Shown here in pieces: positions 1 to 12,220 of a DNA stretch of 64,000 nucleotides. This DNA comes from Cirrosporium novae-zelandiae (lineage: Eukaryota): the NCBI GenBank assembly GCA_026023565.1, contig JAPETS010000015.1, forward strand, positions 372,001 to 436,000. Reading direction: 5' to 3'. The notes beneath the pieces are model-generated. The model was not told the origin of the DNA. It did not search any database and worked only from the letters and a program-made list of their open reading frames with translations. Every line of letters starts with the position of its first letter. The stretch's first letter is position 1. Both the position numbers and the translations under genes were made by a program.

Positions 1-1
1 A

Positions 2-448
2 TTACTTGATATTCAAGAAGATAAAGCAAATCTTCTAGAAATACTACAGGCCGCTGTAGAAGAAAATATGGGAATGGCCATGGTATTCACTCTTGTCAGC
101 ACATTGAAAGATAGTGCAGAGTTGTTGATATCCGAAAGACAAAAGGCCGCACATGTATTGAAGGAGGCTGAAGCAGCAAAAGCGGAAGAAGAAGAAAACA
201 AAAAGTTTCATGGCACTGCAATAACGAGACAAACGTTTATGGAGTGGAGAGAAAGATTTAAAAAAGAAATGGAGGAAGCAGAACAGCGTAGGAGAGAAGA
301 AAAGGAATCGGAGGATAAAAAGAAAAGGGTTACCAAGGAGGAAAAGAGAATGACAGGTAAAGAGCTATGGCTGAGCGGTATCGCAAAGGGAGATGAAGAA
401 GAAGGGGCCGACGATACATCGCAGGCAATGGAGGCACTCAAGGTTTAA
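2..448 (+). CDS. GIR2: RWD-domain protein (Gir2/RWDD1-like), 3' part; 5' end lies outside the window
   Basis: The frame is open from base 2. It contains EENMGMAMVFTLVS, FHGTAITRQTFMEWRERF and MTGKELW, typical of the RWDD1/Gir2 C-terminal half. Confidence 0.85.
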   Translation, partial: LLDIQEDKANLLEILQAAVEENMGMAMVFTLVSTLKDSAELLISERQKAAHVLKEAEAAKAEEEENKKFHGTAITRQTFMEWRERFKKEMEEAEQRRREEKESEDKKKRVTKEEKRMTGKELWLSGIAKGDEEEGADDTSQAMEALKV

Positions 449-1005
449 TAAGAGTAATAATGTCTTTCGAAATTAAATGATTATAATTCTTCAAAACTAC
501 CGCTATTACTATGATATCTACATGTAACATACCCTGTCAATACCACCTGTGATTTTTTCTAACGGCTTCCACGACGTATCTCCATCGACCCCCTACTTTT
601 GTCGAAAATGATCAGACTCCCTTTTCCCTAATCATGGCTTCTAAAATCCATCTACCTAACAGATATGTTATTAATAGTGAATGATAAATTAGCCTATCAA
701 CAATAACGGGGCCTTGGGGTCAAAGGCGTGACTTCCTAAGTAACAATCTTAGTGAAGAGCTTACGAAAATACCAGGCTACATGTTGGAGGTGTCATCGAA
801 AATTTCATAGGGAGTGATAAACAGAACAAGTCCGTTTGTAGTTTGTATCGTCATCAACCATGACCTGGACACACATGCATGACACAGTCTTAGCTTACTT
901 ACATCTTAGCACTATTTTACTTTCTGAGATATATCCTTGTTTTCAGTTCTCGAATAAACAAACAAAGATTCGTTTACAGTATCATAACAGAGAGAAGGAG
1001 AATCC

Positions 1006-1762
1006 GTGAAAAGTATATCCTTAAGTAAGTGGAAGTTTGATGAAGGTGAATGAAGAGAGTAAGAATTTGTAATGTTTTAATAGACTATCAAGACAAAATA
1101 CTATAAGATCCAAATTAATTTGGATTTTCAGAATATATTTCGGTACTACAACAGAGCTTATAATTACCATTTTGAGAGGTCGAAATTTGTGGTCGTAATT
1201 CGGTGCTACCTAATTCTCTCCATCCAATCGACAACCATTACCTCCAGAGCACCCAAGCAGGGCACTTCGATAATTATTTCGTATGGAGGTACAGTGAAAA
1301 TTTTGCTAGTGCTTTTAGGAGTCTTCCTACAGACGTGGCCCTTGCTGTATCTAACGTCCTCGACAGCCCTTAGTCAGTAGAGCCAGTGAGGTATCACAAA
1401 TCCTTTGTGTCCTCATCAACATCTATATTCTAGCGGTGCGATTCAAAGATATCCGTTGTTGTAATTTCATTATCGACGCAGGCATAGATTATGCAAAAAA
1501 TCGAAATCATACAACCAAGAGGATACCATGCTTGCATTTGTCTTTACGACAAGGTGGCTGCGGGTCCATCAGGGTCTGTTCCTGGGGAACTCCATACGGA
1601 ATATTGGAAGTTGGTGATAATCAAGATACCGTGCCATACATTTATCACTTTGCAGGATGGTGTGAAGGATGGAGAAAAGATGAGTGGAAACATAGTATTC
1701 CAGGGGAAATTCGAGTATGCGATTACCATAATCATGGCTTTAAATCAAGAGCATTGAGCTGA
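1006..1762 (+). pseudogene. Degenerate tandem paralog of the BTB-like gene at 2200-2958
   Basis: Collinear similarity to the downstream gene: EKYI followed by a GTAAG donor (~1008-1030), WRYS (1284-1295), then LINIYILAVRFKDIRCCNFIID, WGTPY and EWKHSIPGEIRVCDYHNHG. There is an in-frame TAG at 1371-1373 and a frame change between the WRYS block and the 3' block. Confidence 0.7.
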
Positions 1763-2199
1763 AAACTTAGAGTTCCAAAAATACGGCAAATAAGATAGCG
1801 AGTTCGTGGTATTAGCAAGCAAAGCATGAAGGGATATTTATTTATCAATACCATGCATAGAATTCGTCGAACTGACGAGGGAAACCGACCTAGCTTTTAT
1901 GTTGATCGGATATTACGCCACTAGAGAAATTTATACCTCCTCAACTATAGACAATTTATCACCAAGCCTTCTCTGAGAAACGGTAATAAATAACTGGTGA
2001 ACCACGGCGAGAGCTTCAAAAGTTAATGCTCGAGAACTGCATTGCTACATTTTCTTAGATATCCAAAGTAAAGCAAGTCGAAAAGTAAATTACATACCCG
2101 GGTTCATTAAAGCTATGTAATTTTCTGTTAGTAGTCTCTTTAAATTACCATTACCTCGCCCGAATGTTATCGTCAGCAGAATGACCAGAAACAGTCAAA

Positions 2200-2958
2200 A
2201 TGGACAACGCTTATATGTGTGAGAAATATATTCCTCAGACTATGTAAGCTCTTTTGATCTTCTTCATAGTATTCTAGGAGATCGGTAGGTAGAATTAGCT
2301 GACATATATTAGAATCGATTTCAATAACATAGTTGTATTGAATGTTGTCGGGAGAGATGAGAAATACCTTATCCACCACGAAATACTCCCTAGTGGCATG
2401 TACCATCGTCATCCCAAACACGACGTTACTCTTGATTTTGGGGCAAATTACAACGAACAGTTTCTCCCTATCTGGCTCAACTGGCGCTACTCTGGAGTGT
2501 TCAAGCTGCTAAAGTTTAATTTCTCTACTCCACCAATAATGAAGGGCACATTATTCGAAAAGAGTCGACGTGAGCATTTCGATAATGTAATCTGCAATTT
2601 GATCAATTTTCAATATTACGCAGCGGTGCTAGAAGATCAGGACTTCATCAATGCAATTATCGACAACTTGGTGCAGTTTGTTAAGTACAACGATGGCTTC
2701 AAACTCCCTATGGTTGGGATGATGTACGCCATGTTACGGATGCCGGATGGGGTTGGGCTTAGGAGGCTTGTCACAAACATGTGCGCATGGGGAAATCCAT
2801 ATGAAGTTCTGAGTGTTGAAGCTGGAGATGATATAATAGAAATAGCAAAATTTGCAGCAAATGAATGCAAATTGGCTAGGAAAGAAGAATGGAAGGATGG
2901 AATTCCAGAGGATATTAATCTCTGCGATTATCATTGTCATGGGAAGGTGGAGCAATGA
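2200..2958 (+). CDS. Divergent BTB/POZ-like domain protein, 2 exons
   Basis: ATG at 2200; intron 2244-2312 (GTAAGC...GCTGAC...TAG) joins in frame to the 206 aa ORF. It shows the VVG..KYLIHHEIL, WLNWRYSG, D.DFINAIID.L and C-terminal CDYHCH patterns seen in fungal BTB-like proteins. Confidence 0.65.
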
Positions 2959-3453
2959 TTCTCGAGAGAGGCACTCTGAGGAGATGACCAACCGAAACAA
3001 ATAGCTTACTTTTACTAAAGTTTAGTTCTAGACCATAGTACTTTCTTCCCGTGTCTATCAAAATAACATTAGATTCAAAAAAACAGAGACTTTAGTGATA
3101 ATAGTAAGTATCCAAGTCGAAACTCTAACTTGCAACAATATGACCTTTGAGCAAAGTCTAAATGGGGGAATCCCTTATTCTCTGGGAGAAAGTAACCTTT
3201 GACATGGAGTATTGGGGAAATTTTCCTGGCCGTTAAGTGAATAAAATAATTAAGTACATTGATTATTTTGGTAGTTACAAGTCTACCCCAGACAGGCGCT
3301 TCGCTTACGACGGTTCGGCCCGCAACGATCGACGTTGCGCTAATAACTATAATTAAGGTTTTGGGTCATTTCATCCACATGAAAAACGATGGCCGGCAGA
3401 AAAAAGTTGAAATCTTGGGTTCTCTGTGTACAAGCAGCTGAACAACATCGAAT

Positions 3454-4669
3454 ATGGCGAAAACAAAACCTACGCACAAGAAAAAGAAACAAGGAAAGAA
3501 GGCGCTGATAGAAACACCGGAACAACTCCTTACAATAGCGGCCACTCTTCTCCAGACGTCGCAAGCAGCTGAAGCTCTACCGATCGCCGAAAAAGCCTTG
3601 TCTGACCTTACGAAGTCCTCTTCAAGTCCTACCATCGCATCACTTCCCGCACTTTCCCTTATTGCAGAGATATATATTGAACTTGGAGATCCAGAGACAG
3701 CGAGGGAGCAATTCCTCCTGGCAGCGACGTTAGATCCCGATGGCGATATACTAGATGCAGCTGGTGGTGGCGCTGAGAAATTTTTGTGGCTTGCGCAATT
3801 GTGTGAGGATGGTGGTGCAGAAAGTATAGGATGGTTTCAAAAGGGAGCGCAAGTACTGCGAAAGCAGCTAGCAGAGCTTGAAGGGAAAACAGGTGTGGAG
3901 GCGCAGGATCTACAAGAAAAAAAATTGAAATTGGCTAATGCGCTATGTGGAATTGCTGAAGTCTACATGACTGACTTATCGTGAGTTATGGAAGTGTATA
4001 ATATAAATGCGAATTTCTAGTGCTAATAATACATACAGTTGGGAAGAGGAAGCAGAAACGCGATGCGAGGCATCAATCACAGAGGCACTCCTAGTCGCGC
4101 CGAACTCCCCCGAAGCGCTTCAGACATTAGCCTCTATTCGGATATCCCAATCAAGGTTAGATGATGCAAAAGCAGCCCTCAGTCGCAGCATGGAAATATG
4201 GAAGGAACTGTCACCTGAAGACCCAGCTGTACCCGACTTCTCTACTCGAATAAGTTTGGCTCGTTTACTTATGGAAACTGAGATGGAAGAAGATGCCCTT
4301 GAGGTCCTCGAGAGACTCGTTATTGAAGATGACAGTAGTGTCGAAGCTTGGTATTTGGGCGGCTGGTGCCACTATTTGATAGGTGAAAAACAGAAAAAGA
4401 CAGCGAGTAGTTCCGGGAGTGCTTCAAACAATAACGGGGAGTGGATATCTCAATGGAAAGCAAGCGGAATATGGCTCCAACGTTGTTTGAAACTCTACGA
4501 TATGCTCGACTATGAGGACGAGAGATTAGGAGATCACGCAAAAGAACTTACTGGCAACTTGATAAAAGAGATAGGCCCAATTCCGGATGAAGAGAGCGAC
4601 AACGATGACGGCTGGGAAGATGCCGATGGCTCTGATGGCGATGGCGATCAAACCATGGATGGAACGTGA
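3454..4669 (+). CDS. ACL4: TPR protein, Acl4-like (assembly chaperone of Rpl4)
   Basis: Two exons with intron 3981-4038. Motifs GGAEKFLWLAQL, EVYMTDLS/WEEEAE, PEALQTLASIRISQ and VEAWYLGGW, plus an acidic tail. Confidence 0.8.
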
Positions 4670-5486
4670 ATAAAGATCGATCTAGTCTAGAGACTGAGGC
4701 CGAATTGGTTGGGGAAAATAGTCGATGACGAAACTTTCAATCCTCTATCCATATGGCGTTGGGGAGCCTTCGATCTACGTAGAATGGTTACGTGTGGGGA
4801 AGTACGATGTCACAAACAAAGAGAAGTCGTGTAGCCTGCCTGGACAACATATGTTGATACCTTTTAGCAAGAGGACCTCCTGAAGAAGTAACAAGGTCTT
4901 GATATCTACAATTCATATTATATCATTGATTACCCTTTGTTCCGGATTACTCAATTGAGACTTGCCGCTGAATAACACAAAGTACTTAGCTGCCTAGAAT
5001 TAGTCTTATAGCCTGAGATCAGTTTACAGAATCTCCCGGGTGAAAGGAATCCGACTAAGGATTTTTGTTTGCTTATAGCTGATAACCTTGACAACGACTG
5101 AAAGTGGATTTTTCTTCCCTCCTTTTTGCAAGTGGTGCGAGTAATCTACCCTAATTCTGTTTCCATTATATTTCCATTTCACATTCTTCCTACAACATAT
5201 AGTTTCATCATCTTCAATCACGACCTAGTGGATGATTATTTAGTCACTCTTACATCCTGAAACTCCAAAACTCAGGAGGAATTAAGTTGACGGCCTTAGG
5301 GTTTAGCATCGGGAAGGGCCTTGCCGGTGGCCGATCCTTGATAAGCTTGAAACCGATACTTGATTTGGAAGTCCATTTCATGAAATCAGAGGCTTGAATT
5401 CTTAAATACGCGCTTACAACTCACCTGCAGATGACCCATGGGACGAATATTTAAACATTACACTCGTTTAGCTATTTCTGTTCACC

Positions 5487-7498
5487 ATGCGGAGTTCTCT
5501 TGGTCGAATTATTGACCTTACTTCCGACTTCCACGATACCCATGATGTTTCCCACTTAGCGTCCAATGGAACCAACAAACCGGACCAAAAGCCCCCAGTT
5601 TCAGACGACGCAAAAAGCGACAGTGATGACACGGAGACCTCATACTCACTATCTCTTATTGATGATATTGCGGAGGCTGTCGACGAGGACCAATCATTAG
5701 ATGACGGTATCCCAAGTTCATATCCACCTCCTTTGACCTTCCAGCTAATCATTCGATAGAAACTACAGATGGAGACGCTTGCACCCGGGAAGAAGCAAGT
5801 GCCTACCGTACACGGTTACATGCCATCGGAGAGGATGCCTTTAAAGCGGAGACCGTCGAATCGAAGACCATATCAGCTAGAAAACTAATGACCGCCTTCG
5901 GAATCAAACCTCCTTCATTTCTCGAAGGCTCTTCGGAACGAGTTTTCCGGGCTTTCCTAAACCACTGCATTGCTAAGGAGTTATCATCTCGTCAAAAATT
6001 GCCTCAGGTTAATACAATCAGAGATGTCGTGCGTTTACTTAAGAATTCAAATCGAATCATTGTCCTTACAGGAGCGGGGGTAAGTTTAATATTGAAGGCG
6101 GTTGGCAAACCACTTGCTCTAGGTTATATATCTAAGTCTTTGGAGAGTCTCTCGGACTTCTGTCGGTCTCACAATCATTTCCCCACCATTCTCTTAATGA
6201 TTGCATTCCATCTGTAATCTCTGATATGGTAAAGCCCATACAAAATCGCCATTCGGTCAATGACATTTCATGTTGTGCTGAATTTACCCGTGGACCGCAT
6301 ATATAATATTTCAACAGTTCAAGCCATATATTTGCCAACCGTCTTCGGCTAGTTCGTCGGATGAGTGCTTGCTGACTTGGAGGCCAGATATCAACCAGCC
6401 TTGGGATACCAGACTTCCGTTCAAAAAATACCGGACTCTACCAAAAGCTTAATATGGAACGTTACGGGTTGACAGACCCTCAAGATGCCTTCGAAATTTC
6501 CCTATTTCGGGAGGACCCTTCTATATTTTACTCTGTCGCGAAGGATATTGTACCAAAAACGACAAAATTCACGCCCACTCATGCTTTCATTCGTCTGTTG
6601 CAAGAAAAAGGGAAACTATTGACGAATTACACCCAGAATATCGACAATCTCGAAGCACATGCCAGTATCTCTCCAGACAAGCTGATCCAATGTCACGGAT
6701 CATTCGCGACAGCAACGTGTATTAAGTGCAGAATGCAAGTGAAGGGGGATCATATCCTTAAAGACCTTAGTGCAGGAATCGTGGCCAAATGTCCACGTTG
6801 TATTAAAGATGGCATGCAAAAGATGAAGAATATCAATGGTTCTCGAAAGCGAAAATTTAATGACATACAAGACGACGTCCATGTGGAGGATGCCATTGAA
6901 AGCGCCGGTGCCATGAAGGTAGTTTGAACCGCCACTATATCCGGCCAGATTCTAATAAATGTCAGCCCGATATTACTTTCTTTGGCGAACAGCTCCCAGA
7001 TTCATTCGAAAGACGATTCAGTAGACACGATCGCCATCGTTGTGACCTTCTCATAGTCATTGGGACATCACTCAAGGTTCGCCCTGTTTCCGACATCATT
7101 GGCAGACTTCCGCCAGATGTGCCTCAAGTTTATATATCGAGAGAGGTAAGCATTTAAATTCCAGCAGCCCTTCTTAGGAATCAGAAGCTGCAAGTATTCC
7201 GTGGTTCTGGACACTACCAGTACTTGGACATGCCATTTGTACATCAATTCGCCTAGAATTACATGATTCTCTCCTAACTATGCGAGTAAATGCTGACGAC
7301 ATATAGCCTGTACCTATTCAAACTATCAACTTTGATGTGGATATGCTCGGGGATTGTGACGTGGTCGTCGCTGAACTCTGCAGGCGAGCTGGCTGGGACC
7401 TCAACCACGAAATGATCCCACCCAACCAAAAAGTTCGTGTACAACTTGAAGAGGATTTCCTCTCTCGCTATCGCTTCACTGTCGAGCATAGCACATAA
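5487..7498 (+). CDS. SIR2: NAD-dependent deacetylase, Sir2/Hst1 class I sirtuin
   Basis: IIVLTGAG/ISTSLGIPDFRS, NYTQNIDNLE, QCHGSF, CxxC...CxxC, MK/PDITFFGE and GTSLKV. Introns at about 5707-5759, 6080-6388, 6919-6965 and 7146-7305; TAA at 7496-7498. Confidence 0.92.
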
Positions 7499-8111
7499 AG
7501 TATGAACATAAGCATAAGCATACGGTTTTTCTATCGGTCATAGATTTCATCTACCAACGGCGTTCGGATGATGATTGGGTACCGTGAACTGTGTGGGATA
7601 TAGGAAGGAGCGTTAGGGTATCCAACCATGAAATATATCAAGGGAAGGGTGTTACGGTCCACTACTATACCCAGCTAGAATAGTCTTTTAAGTGACGAAT
7701 GTAATCTCAGACTCTTAAGTGCAACCAACTCTTCAGTTGAAACTTACTTTTTAGAATTAACATTTCGAGGAAGATGTCTCCTATTAGATAGGGACTTGTA
7801 GACTCGTCTATTTTCCTCGGTGGCGACGTTGGGAAAATTTGAGTCATGAACATTAATTACTTCGGTTGACAAAAATACCCAAATAAGCCACCACTTTCCC
7901 ACTTACGAAATTAACAAATATACGAAAATTGTTGTTTTTTCCAATGTCCTCTCCCTTCTACACTTATGAATTTCATTTTAAATTTTTAATTTGATCTCAC
8001 CGACGGTACGAAACGCCTTGTCTAAAGTATTTTATCACCTATTACAGGAACTAAAAATTGATCACATTTTAACTATCTGTTTCGTATCAAGGCACCTCTT
8101 TTGAGACTGTC

Positions 8112-9774
8112 ATGCAGTACTTGATCCGTTTTGCCAATGTTCATGAGACTTTTCGCAAGCCCGAGATTGAGGCTTTGGCAGCCCTGGCAAATGTAGATGT
8201 TGAATTTGTTTTCTATAACAAGGATGTATGTCTTATTGGGATTCTACCAGCTCCCGACTTCTATGCATCTCAGATTTCTTGACAACATATATCTTACACA
8301 TACTCTAGTCCATCTTCTGTACCGTCAAGCTCAAAGATGAAGGCTCTGCCCGCGCTCTAATCAGTCGAAGCATACTTGCGAAAGGTATTTACGAGCTTTG
8401 GGGTAGCGGCAAGACCTACGAAGAAATCCATGCAGATGTTCAAAAACGAACATCTCATCAATGGTCTAAGTATAATACGACTTCCTTTAAATTTCTTGTT
8501 GATGCCTTCCAAGGTAAACGCTCTCCTGCTGAGCAAAACTCCTTGATTCAATCCTTCTCCTACCTTGGCTTCAAAGGCCCTATTCGCATGAATCATCCCG
8601 ACCAGGAATTCTGTATATTCGAAGAATGGAAAATTGGTGGTGAATCTCCCCAACAACTTCATCTCGGGAGATGGGTAGGCGGGGGTGATCGTAATGCTAT
8701 CAATAAGCTGAGCCTGAAAAAAAGGAAGTACATCAGCACCACTTCAATGGACTCTGAGTTGGCACTTATAACGGCAAACCTCACACTTGCTGCGCCAGAT
8801 ACACTCTTCTTTGACCCATTCGTCGGGACTGGAAGTTTCCCAATTGCGTGCTCTTACTTTGGGGCTGTTACTCTGGGATCTGATATCGATGGAAGAAGTG
8901 TCCGCGGCAAAAATGGTAGGGATATAATTACGAATTTCAAGCAGTATGGATTAATGGACAGGTATTTGGGAAGCTTCATAAGCGATTTGACGAATACACC
9001 CCTGAGGGAGAATGCCCTATTTGATGGGATCGTATGCGATCCACCTTATGGTGTCAGAGAAGGGTTGAAGGTTCTTGGTAGAGTCGGAAAATTGGAGGAG
9101 GCCATTATAATTAACGGGAAGCCTGCATATATGTATCATACTAACCCACATCTCATTTCTCAAACTGTATCATTGACCTTGTCATTACAGGCAAGATGAC
9201 TACATCCCCCCCAAACGCGCTTACAGTTTCGAAGCCATGCTTGACGATATCCTCCATTCCGCATCCGTAATGCTTGTTGAAAACGGACGGCTCTCAGTCT
9301 GGATGCCTACTGCAAATGATGAGGATGTCGAACTATTAATTCCAAGCCATCCCGGTTTGGAAATCGTAAGCATTTGCTTACAGGAATTTAATAAATGTAA
9401 GAGCTCTGTTTTATAGACACCCGCATTGAGATTATAAGATTTCCGAGGCAAATTTCCGCTTGACATTAATCCTTGGGTTGTAGGGTCTCGGCGTCTCCTC
9501 ACCTACAGAAAGTTATCAGGAGGACAAATCTCATGTGACGGGCCGAGAAAGAAAAAGGAGGCGCAAGGAATTTATGCAGATGAATTGAATAATTTCAGAA
9601 AAAGGGTATGTAAAAAGGGCTTCCTTCGCCCTTCCAGACAAGCTCGTCTTATATTTCTTGAGGATATTAATAACATATTGACTAATCGCCTTCCAGTATT
9701 TCCAAGGCTTCAGGGAACAAACCAAGAACGAAATCCAAACAAAAAACTCGAAAGCTAAAGATACTTCTACTTAG
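8112..9774 (+). CDS. TRM11: tRNA (guanine-10-N2)-methyltransferase Trm11
   Basis: Starts MQYLIRFANVHETFRKPEIEAL. Contains KKRKYISTTSMDSELAL, DPFVGTGS and CDPPYGVREG. Introns at about 8226-8308, 9132-9190, 9397-9483 and 9607-9696. Confidence 0.92.
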
Positions 9775-9950
9775 TAGCATATCACACTACCAGTTCTAAA
9801 CCCACCCGTCTCATCAGATTCATATCTCCATGCCTTCTTACAAAGACTAGACGCTTTAACTCGCTATTCACTACGAATATTCCCCCTTTATAGCCGTACG
9901 TAAAACCTTTGAGGATAAATTCAACATAAAAACAAACCCATCCTTCACAC

Positions 9951-10843
9951 TCATAACTTCCCCTTATCCCTATCCCACCCCCACCCTCTCCTAAAAACAA
10001 TCTCCCTCATATGCCTAGCCAACTCCTCCCCCTCCTCGCTATCTAATTCATCTCTCTGCCCCCGCCCAAACATAATCCAACTCCTCTGCCTCCTGTCGGG
10101 CACAATAGTGGCGACGGAAACAGAAGCATCTGTTGTGGACGATGACAACGATGGTCGGGGGATGATGTGAAAATGTAGATGGGGTATCGTTTGCGCGGCT
10201 GTGGGGCCTGTTTATTTGTTGTTCTTGCTGTGAGACGGACGGACGGATGAATGGACGTGCGGAGCTTAGCTCGGAAAAAGGGATGATAGTTCTCATGGGG
10301 CAACAATAAGAAGAAAAAGAAGAAGAAGAAAAAGAAGAAGAAAAAAGGTACAAAGATAATTAAAGCATTTACAAAATATATAACTGAAGGAGATTTTTGA
10401 AATTCCAACAAACGAACACGCAAAAAAATAAACAACCCCCCCCTTCCCCCGAAATAAAAAAACTCACCGAAATTCCCCACACAGTTCCATCCCATCTCAA
10501 TCCCAAACACCTCTCTAACAACAACCCCCAACCTCGAAACCCACAATCCCAACTCCCTTGCCACCTCTTCCCCCCCCTCAGCAGCAGCATCAACCAGCTG
10601 ATCCATCCTCTCCCAATGGCCCCTCGAGATCAAAAGCACATGTCCTCGTGTTAGTGGCATGGTGTCTAGGAATGCAAGAACGTGAGGTGTTGAGGCTATT
10701 ATGTGGGGTTGGGTTTGGGTTTGTGTGGAGGATGATGGGGTGGATGGATTGGGGGGGTGTTTGGTGGAGGAATGGGAATGGGGATACGTGGCTGAGAGGG
10801 TGCAGAAGGGACAATTGGTGGGTGGGGAGGGTGGGGTGGGCAT
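9951..10843 (-). CDS. HIT-family nucleotide hydrolase
   Basis: CPFC and AFLDTMPLTRGHVLLI. After an intron of ~258 nt (~10209-10466) it reads AAQTIPHLHFHIIPR (histidine triad). It ends in GKL. Confidence 0.85.
10308..10346. repeat. Imperfect (GAA)n/(TTC)n microsatellite in the HIT intron
   Basis: Sequence aagaagaaaaagaagaagaagaaaaagaagaagaaaaaa; it appears as the poly-F run in the ORF track. Confidence 0.9.
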
Positions 10844-12220
10844 TTTTGGGGGAGAAGGGTTTGAAAGACGAGTATGGAGGGAATATATCTAAACTACAAA
10901 ACGACGTCCTGAAATGGATGGATAGATGGACGGATGTATAAGTAAAAATGAAAGCAAAAGTCTAGAACCTAGTTTAAAAAAAATCACACACACATGCCTA
11001 CTTCCCTCGGTTTGAAACAAAGGCAATTATTTGTATTTTTTCTAGACCTCGGCAAAAACTATAAAACAACCCCCCCTCTCTCCCCTTCCCCTAAAACAAT
11101 AAAAGTGGCAAACTTCTCCACATTGCAGATGCCAAGTTCAGGACCTATATAGTATCGAGTTAGTTGCCTATATATATATAATACGGGCGGCGTAGTAGGG
11201 TAGTAAGTAATGGATATATATACATACCTTGCATCTATCACAATACAAAACTTGGTTTCGACTAATGCTTTCTTCTCTTGCTTAAAAAGGCCTGCCTCCT
11301 AACATGATCTATGGCCCTAATTAACTTTGAAATCTGTCGATAGCCAATGTGCTTAGGCGCATGTGAGGGGTATATACCAACGATCGAGCATTACTGTATA
11401 AGATAGACACACTTACATATGCACAATGTATTTATTGAGACATTTTTCCATTCATGCTATCCACATAATCATCCAATACAGGACACATCGGAAGAATAGC
11501 AAAGCCAGATCCGAGCCTGCCTCAAACCGCTCATCTATGCTGACATCAGGAAAACACATTAAGACAGGATGATACGCCAACGAGGACTAAGAACAATTAA
11601 GGCGAAAAAGAGCCCGAGTCCACCATGATCATCGAGTCCATGTCGCACACCTCTCAGAGAATTCCTATCATTGGGTTGAAGCAGCCGTAGTAGATAAAGG
11701 TTTCCTTTTGATTGATCACACCACGCTAACATCAGAACGCACAGCCGTCACACTTTTCTTTAACCCACAAGGAGAGATGACAAACACCAGTTTGCCGTGA
11801 TACGCTAGGGTATGTAGATCCATCCATGGATGTCATACCCCCAAGGAAACTAGAAAACACGACGCCCTTGCTGCATATATAAAGAGATAGATCCTTGAAA
11901 CTCCGCCGGTAATAATTGATGCTCTTACTCATAATAACATGCAAAGAAAAACAAACAAATGGGTTACGGAATCATAGAGTTGGAACAAAAACATCCCACC
12001 ATACCATCAACCAGAAGAGGGTTGCTCACACTATCAAAGTAGAGCAAGAGGATATCCTAATCAACTTCTATCCATCCCGAAAAAATGTTTTGGAATAGGA
12101 TTGACAGCTACCATAGAACTGAGACTCCTTCCATGAGAATACCATTAGTAACCATTTTTGGGTCTAGAACTGAACAAAAATCAAGAATAACCCATAACCG
12201 TTAACCTAGGAGGAAAAACA

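Noticed and set aside
10043..10466. Poly-Phe hydrophobic extension of the 266 aa ORF
   Set aside because: It is read-through of the HIT intron containing a (TTC)n microsatellite; the spliced frame restores the histidine triad.
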